A DNA stretch of 64,000 nucleotides from Thermodesulfobacteriota bacterium. GTDB taxonomy: Bacteria > Desulfobacterota_D > UBA1144 > Nemesobacterales > UBA2774. A program made the translations under genes and the position numbers. Within the stretch, counting starts at the first letter, position 1. Every line of letters begins with the position of its first letter. The notes under the pieces are model-generated. The model saw nothing but the letters and a program-made list of their open reading frames with translations, was not told the origin of the DNA and did not search any database. The stretch is from positions 1,760,001 through 1,824,000 of the forward strand of contig OZ244197.1 in assembly GCA_965216785.1 (NCBI GenBank). The letters are read 5' to 3'. Positions 1-10,890 of this stretch are shown here, in pieces.

Positions 1-398
1 CCTGTGAGAAGTTCCTTGATTCTCCATTCACGCTCTTTAGCAGACTGTCCGTAAAGGCGGCCGAAAAAATCCACATTATCGTAGACCGAGAGCGTCGGGT
101 ACAGGTTCTTTCCGAGGCCCTGGGGCATGTAGGCTATGCCCGGGCAAATATCGGCTCTGTTCGAGGACACGGACATGTCCGACCCCAGTACCTCCACCTT
201 ACCTCTTTGGATCTTGCGAACGCCGGATATAAGCGAGAGCATTGTGGACTTGCCCACACCGTCAGGGCCGATAAGCCCCGCCATGCATCCTGAGGGTATC
301 TCTATACTTACATTGTCCAAAGCTTTGGTTTTGCCGTAGATTTGCGAGACGGCGGTGAGGCGCGCTACAGGTGCAGTCACATAAGAGCGTTCGCTCAT
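1..398 (-). CDS. rbbA: ABC transporter ATP-binding protein, RbbA/YhiH type (5' part; runs off the window)
   Basis: Not in the ORF track. Manual translation from ATG at 398 gives [59 protein letters not shown] with a Walker A motif. It follows the HlyD adaptor directly, as in yhiI-rbbA operons. Confidence 0.85.
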   Translation of the reverse strand, partial: MSERSYVTAPVARLTAVSQIYGKTKALDNVSIEIPSGCMAGLIGPDGVGKSTMLSLISGVRKIQRGKVEVLGSDMSVSSNRADICPGIAYMPQGLGKNLYPTLSVYDNVDFFGRLYGQSAKEREWRIKELLT

Positions 399-399
399 T

Positions 400-1389
400 T
401 TAATATCCGGTGTGCCGATCTAAATTTTCAGGCCACCGAGCTTTCGGGTCGACTTTAACGAATGCCATGCCCGGGAGCCCGGGTTTTATCCAGACCTCGT
501 ATTTTTCTACAGTTTCGGGCGCTATGCTGACCTTCACGCGGAAAACCAGCTTTTGGCGCTCCTTGGCGGTTTCAACTTCTTTTGGTGTGAACTGAGCTTT
601 GGAGGCGACGAAGGACACCCTGGCGGGAATTGCGAGCTCGGGAGCCGCGTCAAGCACTATCCTGCTCTCAGCGCCAATTGCCAGTATGCCCGCATCTTCC
701 ATAGGCAGGAATACGCTCATATAAACATCCGAAAGGTCGATAATAGTGAGCACTTTTCCTCCGGCTGAGATAACTTCGCCGGGCTCGGCGAGACGGTACT
801 GGACGCGGCCGCCGAAGGGGGTTTTGAGGACGCTGTCTCTTATGTCTACTTCGAGCCTTTCAGTTTGGGCCTTCGCAGCGTCAATCGCGGCTTCCGCATT
901 TGCAACGTCAGCCCTTGCCGCGTCGCACATGGCTTTTGCCACTTCGTATTTTGCTCTATCCTGATCGAGTTTTTGTAGCGAGATGTTTCCGTTTTCATAA
1001 AGGCGTTTTGACCGGAGTAAATCTCTTTTTGTTAACTGGCATTCACTTTCACGCTGCGCGACTACCGCGAGCGCTGTACTGCGCTGTTTCTCCGCGCTGA
1101 TTTCAGATGCTTTAGCCTCCCTCAGCTGAGCTTCGAGAGATTCGGTATCCATCCGTGCTACAACCTGACCGGCTTGTACGTCGTCACCTTCATCTACCAA
1201 AATCTCAGAAACTCTCCCATAAAACTTTGTGGCAATGTCGACCTCGGTTGCTTCAAGGCGGCCATTCCCAGACGCGATACCCACCAGGGGCGGTACTCTA
1301 TAGTACTCCCACCATACGTAGGAGCCCGCAATCGCCGTAATAATCACCAGCGCCCCAATCACCGTAAAACTTAACTTGCTCTTAGTCAT
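400..1389 (-). CDS. HlyD-family membrane fusion/efflux adaptor (YhiI-like)
   Basis: N-terminal [19 protein letters not shown], biotinyl-lipoyl-like halves, coiled coil, [10 protein letters not shown] motif. Confidence 0.9.
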   Translation of the reverse strand: MTKSKLSFTVIGALVIITAIAGSYVWWEYYRVPPLVGIASGNGRLEATEVDIATKFYGRVSEILVDEGDDVQAGQVVARMDTESLEAQLREAKASEISAEKQRSTALAVVAQRESECQLTKRDLLRSKRLYENGNISLQKLDQDRAKYEVAKAMCDAARADVANAEAAIDAAKAQTERLEVDIRDSVLKTPFGGRVQYRLAEPGEVISAGGKVLTIIDLSDVYMSVFLPMEDAGILAIGAESRIVLDAAPELAIPARVSFVASKAQFTPKEVETAKERQKLVFRVKVSIAPETVEKYEVWIKPGLPGMAFVKVDPKARWPENLDRHTGY

Positions 1390-1913
1390 AGGTCCTACTC
1401 TTTACCTACACTCCGAATCATCCTTTAAGTGTAAGCTCTGATATCAATCATAAAGCAATATTTTACGCATATAAATATAGTCGTAGATATTTTACCCGCC
1501 TGCCAGCACATATGGTTAACAATAATACTTTATCTATAAAACACGCTTTTTTATCGCAAACAGGATGCCAGTTAATAAAAACTCGCAGCTACAGTTTTGA
1601 CTGATCTAAGCTAGGGAACTGTCGGAGGTACGGGGGCTGTGGACATAATGAAAAAAGCTGTGCTCCAAAAAGGCTGGCAACAAAGATAGAAATAAACAAG
1701 AGTGAATGGACTATAGTATGGTTAAAGCCATAATACTTTAGTATGGTATTAAGGTGAATTATAAGTCAAAAATCATTTGATATATACTACTCAAGCCTAA
1801 TTTACATTAATACTCATTAATAATACAATGGAACTTACGGGTCGGTAGCCTTAGATTTTTCTTGTACGTTTGCGGAAGTAATACATTTTAATCTGTAAAA
1901 TATATTCGTATAG

Positions 1914-3215
1914 ATGGGTCGAATAGAAATGTCTACTTCTTTACGCCAAAGACACATATATAAAAATGATTCTGATACATCTTCCTTAAAGTCACGCTTA
2001 AAAACCTTGGCGCGGACAACGCTAGAGTTGCAAAAGAGTGAAAAGCGCTTTAGGTCCCTCATTGAAAATGTGTCGACCGGCATATATAGGTTTACTTCCT
2101 GCGGCAAAATTTTAGATGCGAATCCGGCGTTCATAAGGATGCTTGGTTTTTCCTCTATTGAAGAATTAGCCGTAAACGGGTTTGAAAACCAAAACTTTAG
2201 ATCCGAGCTTTCCTGGGAAAAAATTAAAGAGACTATAGAGATAGAGGGAGAAATAAATGGCCTGGAATCCGTATGGAATAAACGGGGCGGCACTGAAATA
2301 TATGTTTTAGAAAATATTTACGCAGTTAGATCAAGCGACGGGAATGTACTGTTTTATGAAGGAACAGCCGAAGATATAACCCAGCGCAAGGCAGAGCAGG
2401 ATAAGATGAAAGAGGATATCTTATATCTGGAAAAAAAGATTAATAGAAGAACCGCTCAACTGATGATTGCCAACGATTTACTGCGAAAAGAAGTGGCTGA
2501 GAAAAAGCAAAAAGGTAAAGAACTTAGAAACTCAAATAAGCAGCTTCGCGCGCTTACAAATCATCTGGAGTCGGTACGCGAAGAAGAAAGAACTAAAATA
2601 TCGCGCGAAGTTCATGATGGATTGGGTCAATCAATGGTATGTTTGAAAATAGACCTGGAGTCGTTAAATAAACAGATCAAGGAAATGTGCGACAAGCCTC
2701 AGATTGAAATGGTCAATGAAACGATCAAGAAGATGGCCGCTCTCATTGATTTCAATATACAGTCTGTTCGAAGGATAGCGATGGAGCTTAGACCGGGAGT
2801 GCTTGATGATCTGGGAACAGTCGCAGCAATCGAATGGCAGGCACAGGATTTTGAAAAACTGACCGGTATTAAATGCATATTTAATTCTGAAGTAAAGGAT
2901 ATCCCGTTGGATCGGGATTCCTCTACGGCTATATTCCGCATCTTTCAGGAGATACTAACTAATATTTCGCGTCATGCCGAAGCAACTACGGTCAAAGTGA
3001 ATATAAAAGAGCGCCGCAACAAATACGTACTACAGGTCGAGGATAACGGAATAGGAATTTCGACGAAAGAGATTTCAGCCCCGCAGTCCTTAGGACTACT
3101 GGGGATGAAGGAAAGAGCACTGCTTATCGGGGGCAATACGAAGATAGTTGGCAAACACAAAAAGGGAACGAAGATTACAGTCACTGTCCCTATGGCGAGG
3201 CGTGGAAATGATTAG
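1914..3215 (+). CDS. PAS-domain sensor histidine kinase (HisKA_3 / NarX-UhpB type), no TM
   Basis: PAS/PAC region, H-box EERTKISREVHDGLGQ, FRIFQEILTNISRHA, DNGIG, LGLLGMKER. Confidence 0.92.
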   Translation: MGRIEMSTSLRQRHIYKNDSDTSSLKSRLKTLARTTLELQKSEKRFRSLIENVSTGIYRFTSCGKILDANPAFIRMLGFSSIEELAVNGFENQNFRSELSWEKIKETIEIEGEINGLESVWNKRGGTEIYVLENIYAVRSSDGNVLFYEGTAEDITQRKAEQDKMKEDILYLEKKINRRTAQLMIANDLLRKEVAEKKQKGKELRNSNKQLRALTNHLESVREEERTKISREVHDGLGQSMVCLKIDLESLNKQIKEMCDKPQIEMVNETIKKMAALIDFNIQSVRRIAMELRPGVLDDLGTVAAIEWQAQDFEKLTGIKCIFNSEVKDIPLDRDSSTAIFRIFQEILTNISRHAEATTVKVNIKERRNKYVLQVEDNGIGISTKEISAPQSLGLLGMKERALLIGGNTKIVGKHKKGTKITVTVPMARRGND

Positions 3216-3843
3216 AGTTCTAATTGCTGACGACCATCCGGTGGTGGGAATGGGTTTAAAATCAATTCTTGAGAAGGAAGCCGACATTTCCGTAAGTAAT
3301 CTGGCGAGAACCGCCAGGGAAACTCTGGAGTCTGTCCGTAATACGGATTTTGATATTTTATTGCTCGATATATCTTTGCCGGATATGAGCGGACTTGAAG
3401 TGTTACGTCAATTGAAAAGCGAATATCCTGAAATCAATGTATTGGTAATAAGCATGTACTCCGAGGACTTATATGCCGTAAGAGTTCTGAAGGAAGGCGC
3501 TTCTGGGTATTTGACCAAGGACAGCGCACCAGAGGATCTTGTAAAAGCGGTGAGGAAAGTAAATGCGTGCGGTAAATATGTGAGCTCCTCCCTTGCTGAA
3601 AAATTGGCTTTCGGCCTCGCGGATGATTTTGACGAGCCTCCGGATAAAGCCCTGTCCAACCGTGAATTTCAAGTCATGTGCATGATCGCAAACGGCAAAA
3701 CAATAAAGGAAATATCCCACGAGCTTTATTTAAGCGAAAAAACTATCAGCACGTACCGCACCCGAATTTTGAAAAAAATGAATATGAGGACAAACGCTGA
3801 ATTGATCAACTATTCTATAAAGAATAATCTGATTCTTTCTTGA
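3208..3843 (+). CDS. NarL/UvrY(GacA)-family response regulator
   Basis: MIRVLIADDH receiver start at ATG 3208 overlapping the kinase stop; LuxR HTH LSNREFQV...LSEKTISTYRTRILKKM. Confidence 0.93.
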   Translation: MIRVLIADDHPVVGMGLKSILEKEADISVSNLARTARETLESVRNTDFDILLLDISLPDMSGLEVLRQLKSEYPEINVLVISMYSEDLYAVRVLKEGASGYLTKDSAPEDLVKAVRKVNACGKYVSSSLAEKLAFGLADDFDEPPDKALSNREFQVMCMIANGKTIKEISHELYLSEKTISTYRTRILKKMNMRTNAELINYSIKNNLILS

Positions 3844-4053
3844 GCGTCGATCGGCGTTCTGCTGAATGTGGTTTGATAAAATTTATCCTGCAACAATCAA
3901 TCTCACCCAATTTATAATCCTACCTTAGTGTATTTACTTTTTTATGCCCGCTTTTTCTAGACCCAAGAGCGCGCTATTAGAGTATGAATGTGTGGATTTA
4001 TACTCCGGTTTCCCAATATTTTCCAGAATTGTTTTTTGCTTGGCTTCTCTGAG

Positions 4054-4094
4054 TGTAGGACAAATGCCTACAAAAGAAATTGCAAAATCCTACA
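4054..4094. promoter_or_regulatory. Candidate response-regulator binding box TGTAGG-N7-CCTACA plus an extra CCTACA half-site 22 bp downstream
   Basis: Inverted repeat at 4054-4072 and half-site at 4089-4094, upstream of the long + strand operon; resembles the GacA box TGTAAG-N6-CTTACA. Confidence 0.5.
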
Positions 4095-4173
4095 CCAATA
4101 ATAGAGCTTGTCTGATATTCATTTAATAAGCGTTGTATTAGTATGGGTACATGTGCTTAGTTACGGGGGAAGA

Positions 4174-4566
4174 ATGAAGATTTTGGTTGTGGATGATTCG
4201 AGGATTATTCGAGAGAGGTTGGTAAATATACTTGACGTGATTAATGGAGTGTGTGTTGTTGAGCAGGCGGAAGATGCGGAGAACGCACTCACAGCTTATC
4301 ACAAGTTGAGGCCGGAGGTTTTAATACTGGATATCCATATGCATGGAGTAAATGGTATTGAGCTGTTGCAGCAGATTAAGAGTGAGCAATATGCTCCCTA
4401 CGTTATCATGCTCACAAACTTCCCATACCCTCAGTATAGAAAAAAATGCTTTGAAGAAGGGGCGGATTATTTTCTAGATAAGTCAACAGAGTTTGATGAA
4501 ATAAATGTCATTATAAGAAATATGGTAGAAGAGCACGAATTAGTTATGTGCTCGGACAAAGATTGA
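4174..4566 (+). CDS. Single-domain response regulator (receiver only)
   Basis: MKILVVDDS, LILDIHM, VIMLT, GADYFLDKS; start moved to ATG 4174, which follows GGGGGA. Confidence 0.88.
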   Translation: MKILVVDDSRIIRERLVNILDVINGVCVVEQAEDAENALTAYHKLRPEVLILDIHMHGVNGIELLQQIKSEQYAPYVIMLTNFPYPQYRKKCFEEGADYFLDKSTEFDEINVIIRNMVEEHELVMCSDKD

Positions 4567-4598
4567 AACGAACTGGGTTAAAGAGCATGAGGGATTAA

Positions 4599-5180
4599 AT
4601 GGGTATAGTGGCAAACAGAATAAATCACAGGTTGGAACATGCGGATGTGATATATACGGGCGAAGTTCCCGATGCGTCCGCAGATAAGTTGTGGTATGTG
4701 GTTTACACAATTGTGAGGCATGAGAAAACTGTAAACTCCTTGCTTTTGAATAAGGGCATCGAGACTTTTCTACCTTTGAGGGAAGTTTTGACTCAATGGA
4801 AAGACAGAAGAAAAAAAGTACAGTTCCCGCTTTTTCCCGGATACATGTTCGTAAGGATATTTGAGAAAGACACCAGCGTCTTACTTAATGTTTTGAATAC
4901 GAGAGGTGTTATAAAAATTCTGAGCTCAAACGGTAGCTACGAGGTCGTACCTGCCGGGCAGATAGATTCGATAAAACTTCTTTTGGAAAAAAACGTTGAG
5001 CTTGACCCTTACCAATATTTTGTCAAAGGGAAAGAGGTTGTAGTGGTAAACGGGCCTCTGCAGGGTGTGAACGGAATAATTGTAGAAAGAAAGGGACAGA
5101 ACAGACTTATTGTGTCGATTGATATCATTAAGCGTTCTGTTTCAGTTGAAGTAGACCCGGCTGATTTAGAATTGGTATAG
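4599..5180 (+). CDS. UpxY/NusG-paralogue transcription antiterminator
   Basis: WYVVYT..RHEK, QWKDRRKKVQFPLFPGYMFV NGN domain, KOW GPLQGVNG; first gene of a polysaccharide locus. Confidence 0.9.
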   Translation: MGIVANRINHRLEHADVIYTGEVPDASADKLWYVVYTIVRHEKTVNSLLLNKGIETFLPLREVLTQWKDRRKKVQFPLFPGYMFVRIFEKDTSVLLNVLNTRGVIKILSSNGSYEVVPAGQIDSIKLLLEKNVELDPYQYFVKGKEVVVVNGPLQGVNGIIVERKGQNRLIVSIDIIKRSVSVEVDPADLELV

Positions 5181-5335
5181 GAAATTTTATAGCTGGGTAT
5201 AAGCGTATTTTTTATCTGATTTTATGTAAGTGAGGTGGCGAAGCTGTGTCAACTATGGGGTTAAAGGTCAGTGGTTCTGACAAAGATAATAATAGGTGTG
5301 GTTACTTTCCTTTTAATTTATTCAGGGGGGGTATT

Positions 5336-6358
5336 ATGAATAAAAAAACATCATTTTTCATTTTTTTACTGGCAGCCATGATCACCGGGTGCGGCGGTGG
5401 AGGAGGGTCTGTAAATACTTCTCAGATGGCGCGCCAGGATTACGAGTCCTCTCAGGCGGTCGGTGATATTAATTCCAGGCTGCTTTCAATGGGATCGTCG
5501 AGGACAACTGAAACACTGCCGAGTTTGAAAGCGCCGGAAGGATATCTTATTGGTCCTGCGGACTTACTTGAAGTCAGGGTTTTCGAATCCGATAAGTTAA
5601 CTACTACCGTGAGGGTAAGTTCAAGGGGAGAGATCACGGTGCCTCTCCTTGACAATGTCTACGTTGACGGACTCACAGCAAGGGAAGCGGAGATCCGCTT
5701 AGAGAACCTTTTGAGGGATGGTGATTATATAGACAATCCTCACGTGGGAGTATTCGTAGTCGAGCACAAGAGTAAAGTTGTATCGGTAATGGGCTATGTA
5801 AATCAGCCTGGCAGCTATGAGCTTCTGGGCGGGCGGACTTTGCTGGATGTTTTAGCATCCGCGCAGGGGTTAAATGAAAAAGCCGGAACAACAGTATTTG
5901 TAACCAGAAGCCAAGAAGACGGGAGTAAAGATTCCTATCTTATAGATCTTGATGACCTTGTTAGCAGCGGCACCCCAGATAGCAATCTAGAGCTTAAACC
6001 CGGTGATTTGGTATATGTACCTGAAGCCGCAAATGTTTTTGTTGAAGGTGCTGTGCGCCAACCGGGCGCATATCCGATAAACGAGGGAAAAACTACCCTT
6101 ACCGAGGCTGTAATAATGGCCGGTGGGGTCGCGAGTATTGCTAATGACGATGTGACACTAATTCGTTATCTCGGCAACGGAAACAAAGAGGTCGTGAATC
6201 TTAATCTAGACAGTATCCAGTCGGGTCAAGAAAAAGACCCTATTCTAAATGAAAAGGACGCGGTTATCGTAGGAGCGAGCGGACTCAAGAGTTTTCTTTA
6301 CGGCTTTAAAATCAGCATATTCGGTTTGGGGGGAATTGGTTTCGATCCTCCCAATTAA
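5336..6358 (+). CDS. wza: Polysaccharide export lipoprotein (Wza/OPX; Poly_export + SLBB)
   Basis: Lipobox ITGC, YLIGPADLLEVRVF, GEITVPLL, repeated V.V.G.V..PG.Y SLBB motifs. Confidence 0.9.
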   Translation: MNKKTSFFIFLLAAMITGCGGGGGSVNTSQMARQDYESSQAVGDINSRLLSMGSSRTTETLPSLKAPEGYLIGPADLLEVRVFESDKLTTTVRVSSRGEITVPLLDNVYVDGLTAREAEIRLENLLRDGDYIDNPHVGVFVVEHKSKVVSVMGYVNQPGSYELLGGRTLLDVLASAQGLNEKAGTTVFVTRSQEDGSKDSYLIDLDDLVSSGTPDSNLELKPGDLVYVPEAANVFVEGAVRQPGAYPINEGKTTLTEAVIMAGGVASIANDDVTLIRYLGNGNKEVVNLNLDSIQSGQEKDPILNEKDAVIVGASGLKSFLYGFKISIFGLGGIGFDPPN

Positions 6359-6389
6359 TTTAACTTAGGATTAACGGGAAAGAACAACT

Positions 6390-8705
6390 ATGGACGATAA
6401 GTTGAATGGAACGGGCAGGCAGATTACCGAAGTTGAGGTCATGGATTTAGATGACCAGCATAAAGACCAAAGACCTTCTTTAAATCAATCGGACTACGAT
6501 ATATACATTGAAGAATCGTCAGGTCTGAATGATTACATATATGTAATCAAAAGAAGAAAATGGGTCGTGTTGGCATGTCTTTTTATATCGATCTTCATTG
6601 TAGGCGTTGTAACCGTCATGATGGAGAAGATATATCAGGCTACGATAATGGTTGAAATTGCGCCTGAAAATCCTAAAGTAACAGGGTTTCAGGAGGTAAT
6701 GGATCTTCAAATACAGCAACAGGATGAGTTTTATGAGACTCAGTATAAGCTTTTGAAAAGCAGGTCTTTGGCTCTAGAGGTAATAAATGAATTAGACCTG
6801 AAATCACATCCTGAATTTGACGTCAACAAGAAGCCGGGAACGATAACTGTCATTAAAAATACAATCATTAATGCGATAAATAATGCTTTACCTTCAAAAA
6901 AAGATGAATACCCTGTTGAACAACATAAGGAGCTTTCCGAACAAGAAAAGCTGGTTTCCGCCTTCTTATACAGAGTAAAAGTTACTCCTGATAGAGACTC
7001 CAGACTGGTTCAAGTTAGTTTTGAGAGTGTGGATCCCAAACTTTCAGCCCTTGCTGTTAATACCCTGGCGGATCAATACATCGAGTGGGTACTGGAAAAG
7101 AAGCTTGGTGTTACAAAGTCTGCGGTTCAATCCCTTAGTAAACAGCTTAGTAAAGTTAAAGCGAAGCTTGAAAAAACTCAGGATGAGCTAAGCCAATTCG
7201 CAAAAAAATGGGATATTGTGTCTTTAGATAAGGATCTCAATCTTACCTACAAACAACTTGCCGATCTAAACAATGCGCTTGCGAAAGCGGAAACGGAAAG
7301 ACTCTCTCGGGAAGCCCTCTATGAAGAAGTGAAGGCTGGGAATTATGAATTATTACCGCAGGTGATAAATGATCCAACCATTCGTGCTCTTAAAACAGAG
7401 TATGTAAAGCTTAAATCTCAGTACGACCACCTCGATGCCAGATTTGGCCCGAATTACCCTGAAATGAAAGAATTAAGCGCTCAAGTCGCGAGGGTTCAAA
7501 GTGAGATACAAAGCCAGTTGGATGAAATTTCGCGAAGCATTAAAAAGGGCTACACAGCGTCTAAGAAATTGGAAGATATGCTAAGACAAAGAACTGATGT
7601 ACAGAAAACGCGCGCCGGGGAGCTAAATGAGCTGGCGACCCATTATCAAATGCTGGAGGGTGAGGTTGCTACGAATAAAGGTATATATCAGAATCTGCTC
7701 CAGCGACTTAAGGAAACAGAAGTAACATCGGGCATAAGAGCGACCAATGTACAGGTTATTGACTATGCGTTTCCCCCACTCAGCCCGTATAAGCCCAATC
7801 TATTATTCAATACCTTTATTGCTGCTGTCATGGGGCTTATGGCGGGAGTAATGCTGGCGTTTGGGTTCGAGCACTTTGATCAAACGATCCGTGATGAAGT
7901 AGACGTTAAAAAAAGATTGCCGATACCGTTTATGGGTAAGATACCGGCAGTAGAAAAAAGTGAGAGACGATCTCTTGAAAAGGTCGTTTATACAAACCCT
8001 CTGTCTAAAGTATCTGAAGCTTTCAGAGTGCTTAAAACTTCGGTCCTGTATTCATTGCGCGATCAAGGAACCCCTAAAGCACTTCTGGTAACAAGCACGC
8101 AGCCCCTAGAGGGAAAGACAACAGTGTCTTGTAATTTAGCCCTTACTATGGTTCAGTCGGGTTTAAGTGTAGTTTTGGTGGACGCAGATTTAAGAAGGCC
8201 GCGTCTTCACAACATTTTCTTGAAAAACGTCAAAAATGGGCATGGTTTGAGCTCGTACCTTAGTGAGGAGCCTGATTCCGATATTCCAAATATTATTTAT
8301 CCTTCTGAAATTAACGGACTGGATATCATTCCTGCAGGTCCAATTAAGCTCAATCCCGCCGATTTGATAGATTCTAAACGGATGAAAGATTTACTTGATA
8401 ATTTGGTCAAGAAATACGATCACGTAATTTTGGACAGTATTCCGGTAATGGAATTGGCCGACACGCGTCTTCTTTCAAGACAAGTTGACAGTGTTCTGCT
8501 TGTTGCTAGCGTAGGAATTGCGCGCAGGGAAGTGCTGCAAAACAGCGTGGAGGAACTTGTAAAAGTAGGGGCGAGGATTATAGGGGTTGTGATTAATAGA
8601 CTCGACTACGGCAGCAGGTATGGAAATGCGTATGACTACTATTATCTGTCAGAAGATGCTGAAAAGAAAAAGTTTAGTGGTGATAACTTATTTGATCGGT
8701 CATAG
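6390..8705 (+). CDS. wzc: Polysaccharide co-polymerase / BY tyrosine kinase (Wzc/GumC)
   Basis: Two TMs with a coiled-coil periplasmic region, TSTQPLEGKTT Walker A, VDADLRRP, Tyr-rich C-terminal tail YGNAYDYYY. Confidence 0.93.
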   Translation: MDDKLNGTGRQITEVEVMDLDDQHKDQRPSLNQSDYDIYIEESSGLNDYIYVIKRRKWVVLACLFISIFIVGVVTVMMEKIYQATIMVEIAPENPKVTGFQEVMDLQIQQQDEFYETQYKLLKSRSLALEVINELDLKSHPEFDVNKKPGTITVIKNTIINAINNALPSKKDEYPVEQHKELSEQEKLVSAFLYRVKVTPDRDSRLVQVSFESVDPKLSALAVNTLADQYIEWVLEKKLGVTKSAVQSLSKQLSKVKAKLEKTQDELSQFAKKWDIVSLDKDLNLTYKQLADLNNALAKAETERLSREALYEEVKAGNYELLPQVINDPTIRALKTEYVKLKSQYDHLDARFGPNYPEMKELSAQVARVQSEIQSQLDEISRSIKKGYTASKKLEDMLRQRTDVQKTRAGELNELATHYQMLEGEVATNKGIYQNLLQRLKETEVTSGIRATNVQVIDYAFPPLSPYKPNLLFNTFIAAVMGLMAGVMLAFGFEHFDQTIRDEVDVKKRLPIPFMGKIPAVEKSERRSLEKVVYTNPLSKVSEAFRVLKTSVLYSLRDQGTPKALLVTSTQPLEGKTTVSCNLALTMVQSGLSVVLVDADLRRPRLHNIFLKNVKNGHGLSSYLSEEPDSDIPNIIYPSEINGLDIIPAGPIKLNPADLIDSKRMKDLLDNLVKKYDHVILDSIPVMELADTRLLSRQVDSVLLVASVGIARREVLQNSVEELVKVGARIIGVVINRLDYGSRYGNAYDYYYLSEDAEKKKFSGDNLFDRS

Positions 8706-8831
8706 GAGTTTTTATTTCAACAATGCCGCTATCTATGGCCCATAGCTGTGCTGGTTTTCCTGAAGATCAAATTCAAGTGGCTTTGCCTTCGATCGATACC
8801 TGATTTAACTCATTTAAAAAAATTACAGGAG

Positions 8832-9197
8832 GTGTGGACAATTAATATCAACGATATTAAAAAAGTTCCAAAACCCTGGGGACATGAAATATGGTGGGCC
8901 CAGACTGATAATTACGTGGGAAAGATCCTGCATGTTAAGAAAGGGCAGGCGTTAAGCTATCAATATCATGAGGTTAAGGATGAGACTATTTATCTTTACA
9001 GTGGCGAAATTTCCCTGCAGATAGAAGAAGTCGGTAAAGCGAAAGAGGAAATTACTCTTTCTCCCGGTGAGTCTGTAAGAATAAAACCGCTCACTAAGCA
9101 CCGCATGATAGCGAAAGAGGATTGTGATTTATTAGAGGTATCCACACCTGAAGTCGAGGACGTGGTGAGATTGGAAGATAGATACGGCAGAGTATGA
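8832..9197 (+). CDS. Cupin protein (mannose-6-phosphate isomerase type II C-terminal-like); start uncertain (GTG 8832 or ATT 8841)
   Basis: KVPKPWGHE, LSYQYHEVKDET, HRM, EVSTPEVEDVVRLEDRYGR. Confidence 0.8.
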   Translation: MWTININDIKKVPKPWGHEIWWAQTDNYVGKILHVKKGQALSYQYHEVKDETIYLYSGEISLQIEEVGKAKEEITLSPGESVRIKPLTKHRMIAKEDCDLLEVSTPEVEDVVRLEDRYGRV

Positions 9198-9316
9198 AGA
9201 ATCCTCGAAGCAACTCTCTTACTCTAGCGTTATGTTAATACTTCGCTTAAGAGCTGTCTAACCATTAGGAGAGTTCCAATTACAACTTCAATAGGGTTTT
9301 GAAATCGTGAATAATC

Positions 9317-10825
9317 ATGAACTTGCTTAATTTAAAAACACAGGAGCGCCACTCAAAAGTGGTTTTTTACAATCGTGCCGAGGAGGGTTGGCAATGGGCG
9401 AATACCGCCAACTTATTAATTGATATCTTTTTTATCCTCCTCAGCACTACACTTGTTTTCTATGTGCGGTTTTCGCACGAGCTATATGTCTACGGAGCTG
9501 ACGGGAAATTCGACGGTATTATCAATACCGGAGTATTTTCAATAACTAATTATGATTTATTTTCTAGTTACATAGGGTTTCTTGTTCTATATCTTGCTTT
9601 TATAGTCCTGCTATTTAAGAACTATGAGCTCTATTCCACGAGTTTGGCCAGGTCATGGATAGATGAAGCGCTGTTAGTGTTCAAGAGTGTCTCCATAGCT
9701 ACGCTCATAATGATGGTGGTCATGTATTTGGCAAAGCAGCAGGTTTCCCGTTTCGTTGTTCTTTTTAGCTGGGCAACCAACATACTGTTGCTGGCGGGAT
9801 GGAGATACGTCGGACACACAATGCTTCAAAGGCGTGTAAAAAGTGGCGACGGGTTGAGAAGGGTTCTTATTGTTGGTGCCGGTAGAGTAGGGCGGAAGCT
9901 CGCTGAGATGCTTGAAAACAATAAGCATTTGGGGCTGGAGGTAAAGGGTTTTGTTGATGATTTTAAACTGGGCAAGGGGATTTTAGGCCGGATAAGTGAT
10001 ATGCCGCAGATATTAAGGGGCCAGTTTATTGACGAAGTGTATGTCACAATACTTTCCGAGAGAGAACTTGTTAAAACTGTTACCAAAGAGGCACTTATAC
10101 ATAAAGCCGACGTAAAGGTAATACCGGACCTTCTTGACGGCATCGTCCCACAGAGCCGCCCACTTTCGCTCGGATTCCTCGGCGACTTGCCCGTAATGGA
10201 AATATACCGAAAGCCCATACCGGAACTTGGCCTTTTCATTAAAAGGGCAATAGATCTCGTATGCGGTTTTTTTATGTTTTTGCTCACGCTGCCGGTTCTG
10301 ATAGTTGTTGCCATCATAATTAAAATAGACTCTCCGGACGGCCCTATTATCTATCGCTCCAAACGAGTAGGAAAGAAAGGCGCATTCTTTTATTGCTACA
10401 AATTCCGCACGATGTCTGCGAACGCGGACGATCTTAAGGACAAACTCAGAGAGCTCAATGAGAGAAGCGGTCCTTTTTTCAAGATCACTGATGATCCGCG
10501 TATTACGAGAGTCGGGAGATTTTTAAGAAAGTACAGCCTGGATGAACTGCCCCAGATGTTTAATCTAATTAGCGGGGATATGAGCCTGGTTGGGCCAAGA
10601 CCTCACCCTCTCGATGATTTTGATCTCTATGATCTTGAAGATTATAGGAGACTCGATGTAAAACCGGGGATAACGAGTCTTTGGGCCGTGGAGGCGAGAA
10701 ACGATCCTTCTTTTGAACGGAATATGGAGCTCGATCTGTACTACATTGAGAACTGGAGTATATGGCTTGATATAAGAATTCTTCTTAAAACAGTTCCTAC
10801 GGTGCTAAAAGGTTCCGGCATCTAA
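9317..10825 (+). CDS. Priming polyprenyl-phosphate sugar-1-P transferase (WcaJ/WbaP family)
   Basis: TM region, CoA-binding-like domain, KFRTM, DDPRITRVGRFLRKYSLDELPQ, GDMSLVGPRP. Confidence 0.93.
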   Translation: MNLLNLKTQERHSKVVFYNRAEEGWQWANTANLLIDIFFILLSTTLVFYVRFSHELYVYGADGKFDGIINTGVFSITNYDLFSSYIGFLVLYLAFIVLLFKNYELYSTSLARSWIDEALLVFKSVSIATLIMMVVMYLAKQQVSRFVVLFSWATNILLLAGWRYVGHTMLQRRVKSGDGLRRVLIVGAGRVGRKLAEMLENNKHLGLEVKGFVDDFKLGKGILGRISDMPQILRGQFIDEVYVTILSERELVKTVTKEALIHKADVKVIPDLLDGIVPQSRPLSLGFLGDLPVMEIYRKPIPELGLFIKRAIDLVCGFFMFLLTLPVLIVVAIIIKIDSPDGPIIYRSKRVGKKGAFFYCYKFRTMSANADDLKDKLRELNERSGPFFKITDDPRITRVGRFLRKYSLDELPQMFNLISGDMSLVGPRPHPLDDFDLYDLEDYRRLDVKPGITSLWAVEARNDPSFERNMELDLYYIENWSIWLDIRILLKTVPTVLKGSGI

Positions 10826-10890
10826 ACGGCTATTTATTTCACCGCCTGAAAATCTATGTCTATCACAAAAGTTAACTGCTGACAGCTCAA

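Noticed and set aside
1714-1747. TAGTATGGT direct repeat with an intervening inverted partial copy in the hlyD/kinase divergent region
   Set aside because: May be an operator, but it is short, in AT-rich DNA and has no assignable factor
5225-5250. ops/JUMPstart element after the antiterminator gene
   Set aside because: GAGGTGGCGAAG does not match GGCGGTAGnnTG well enough
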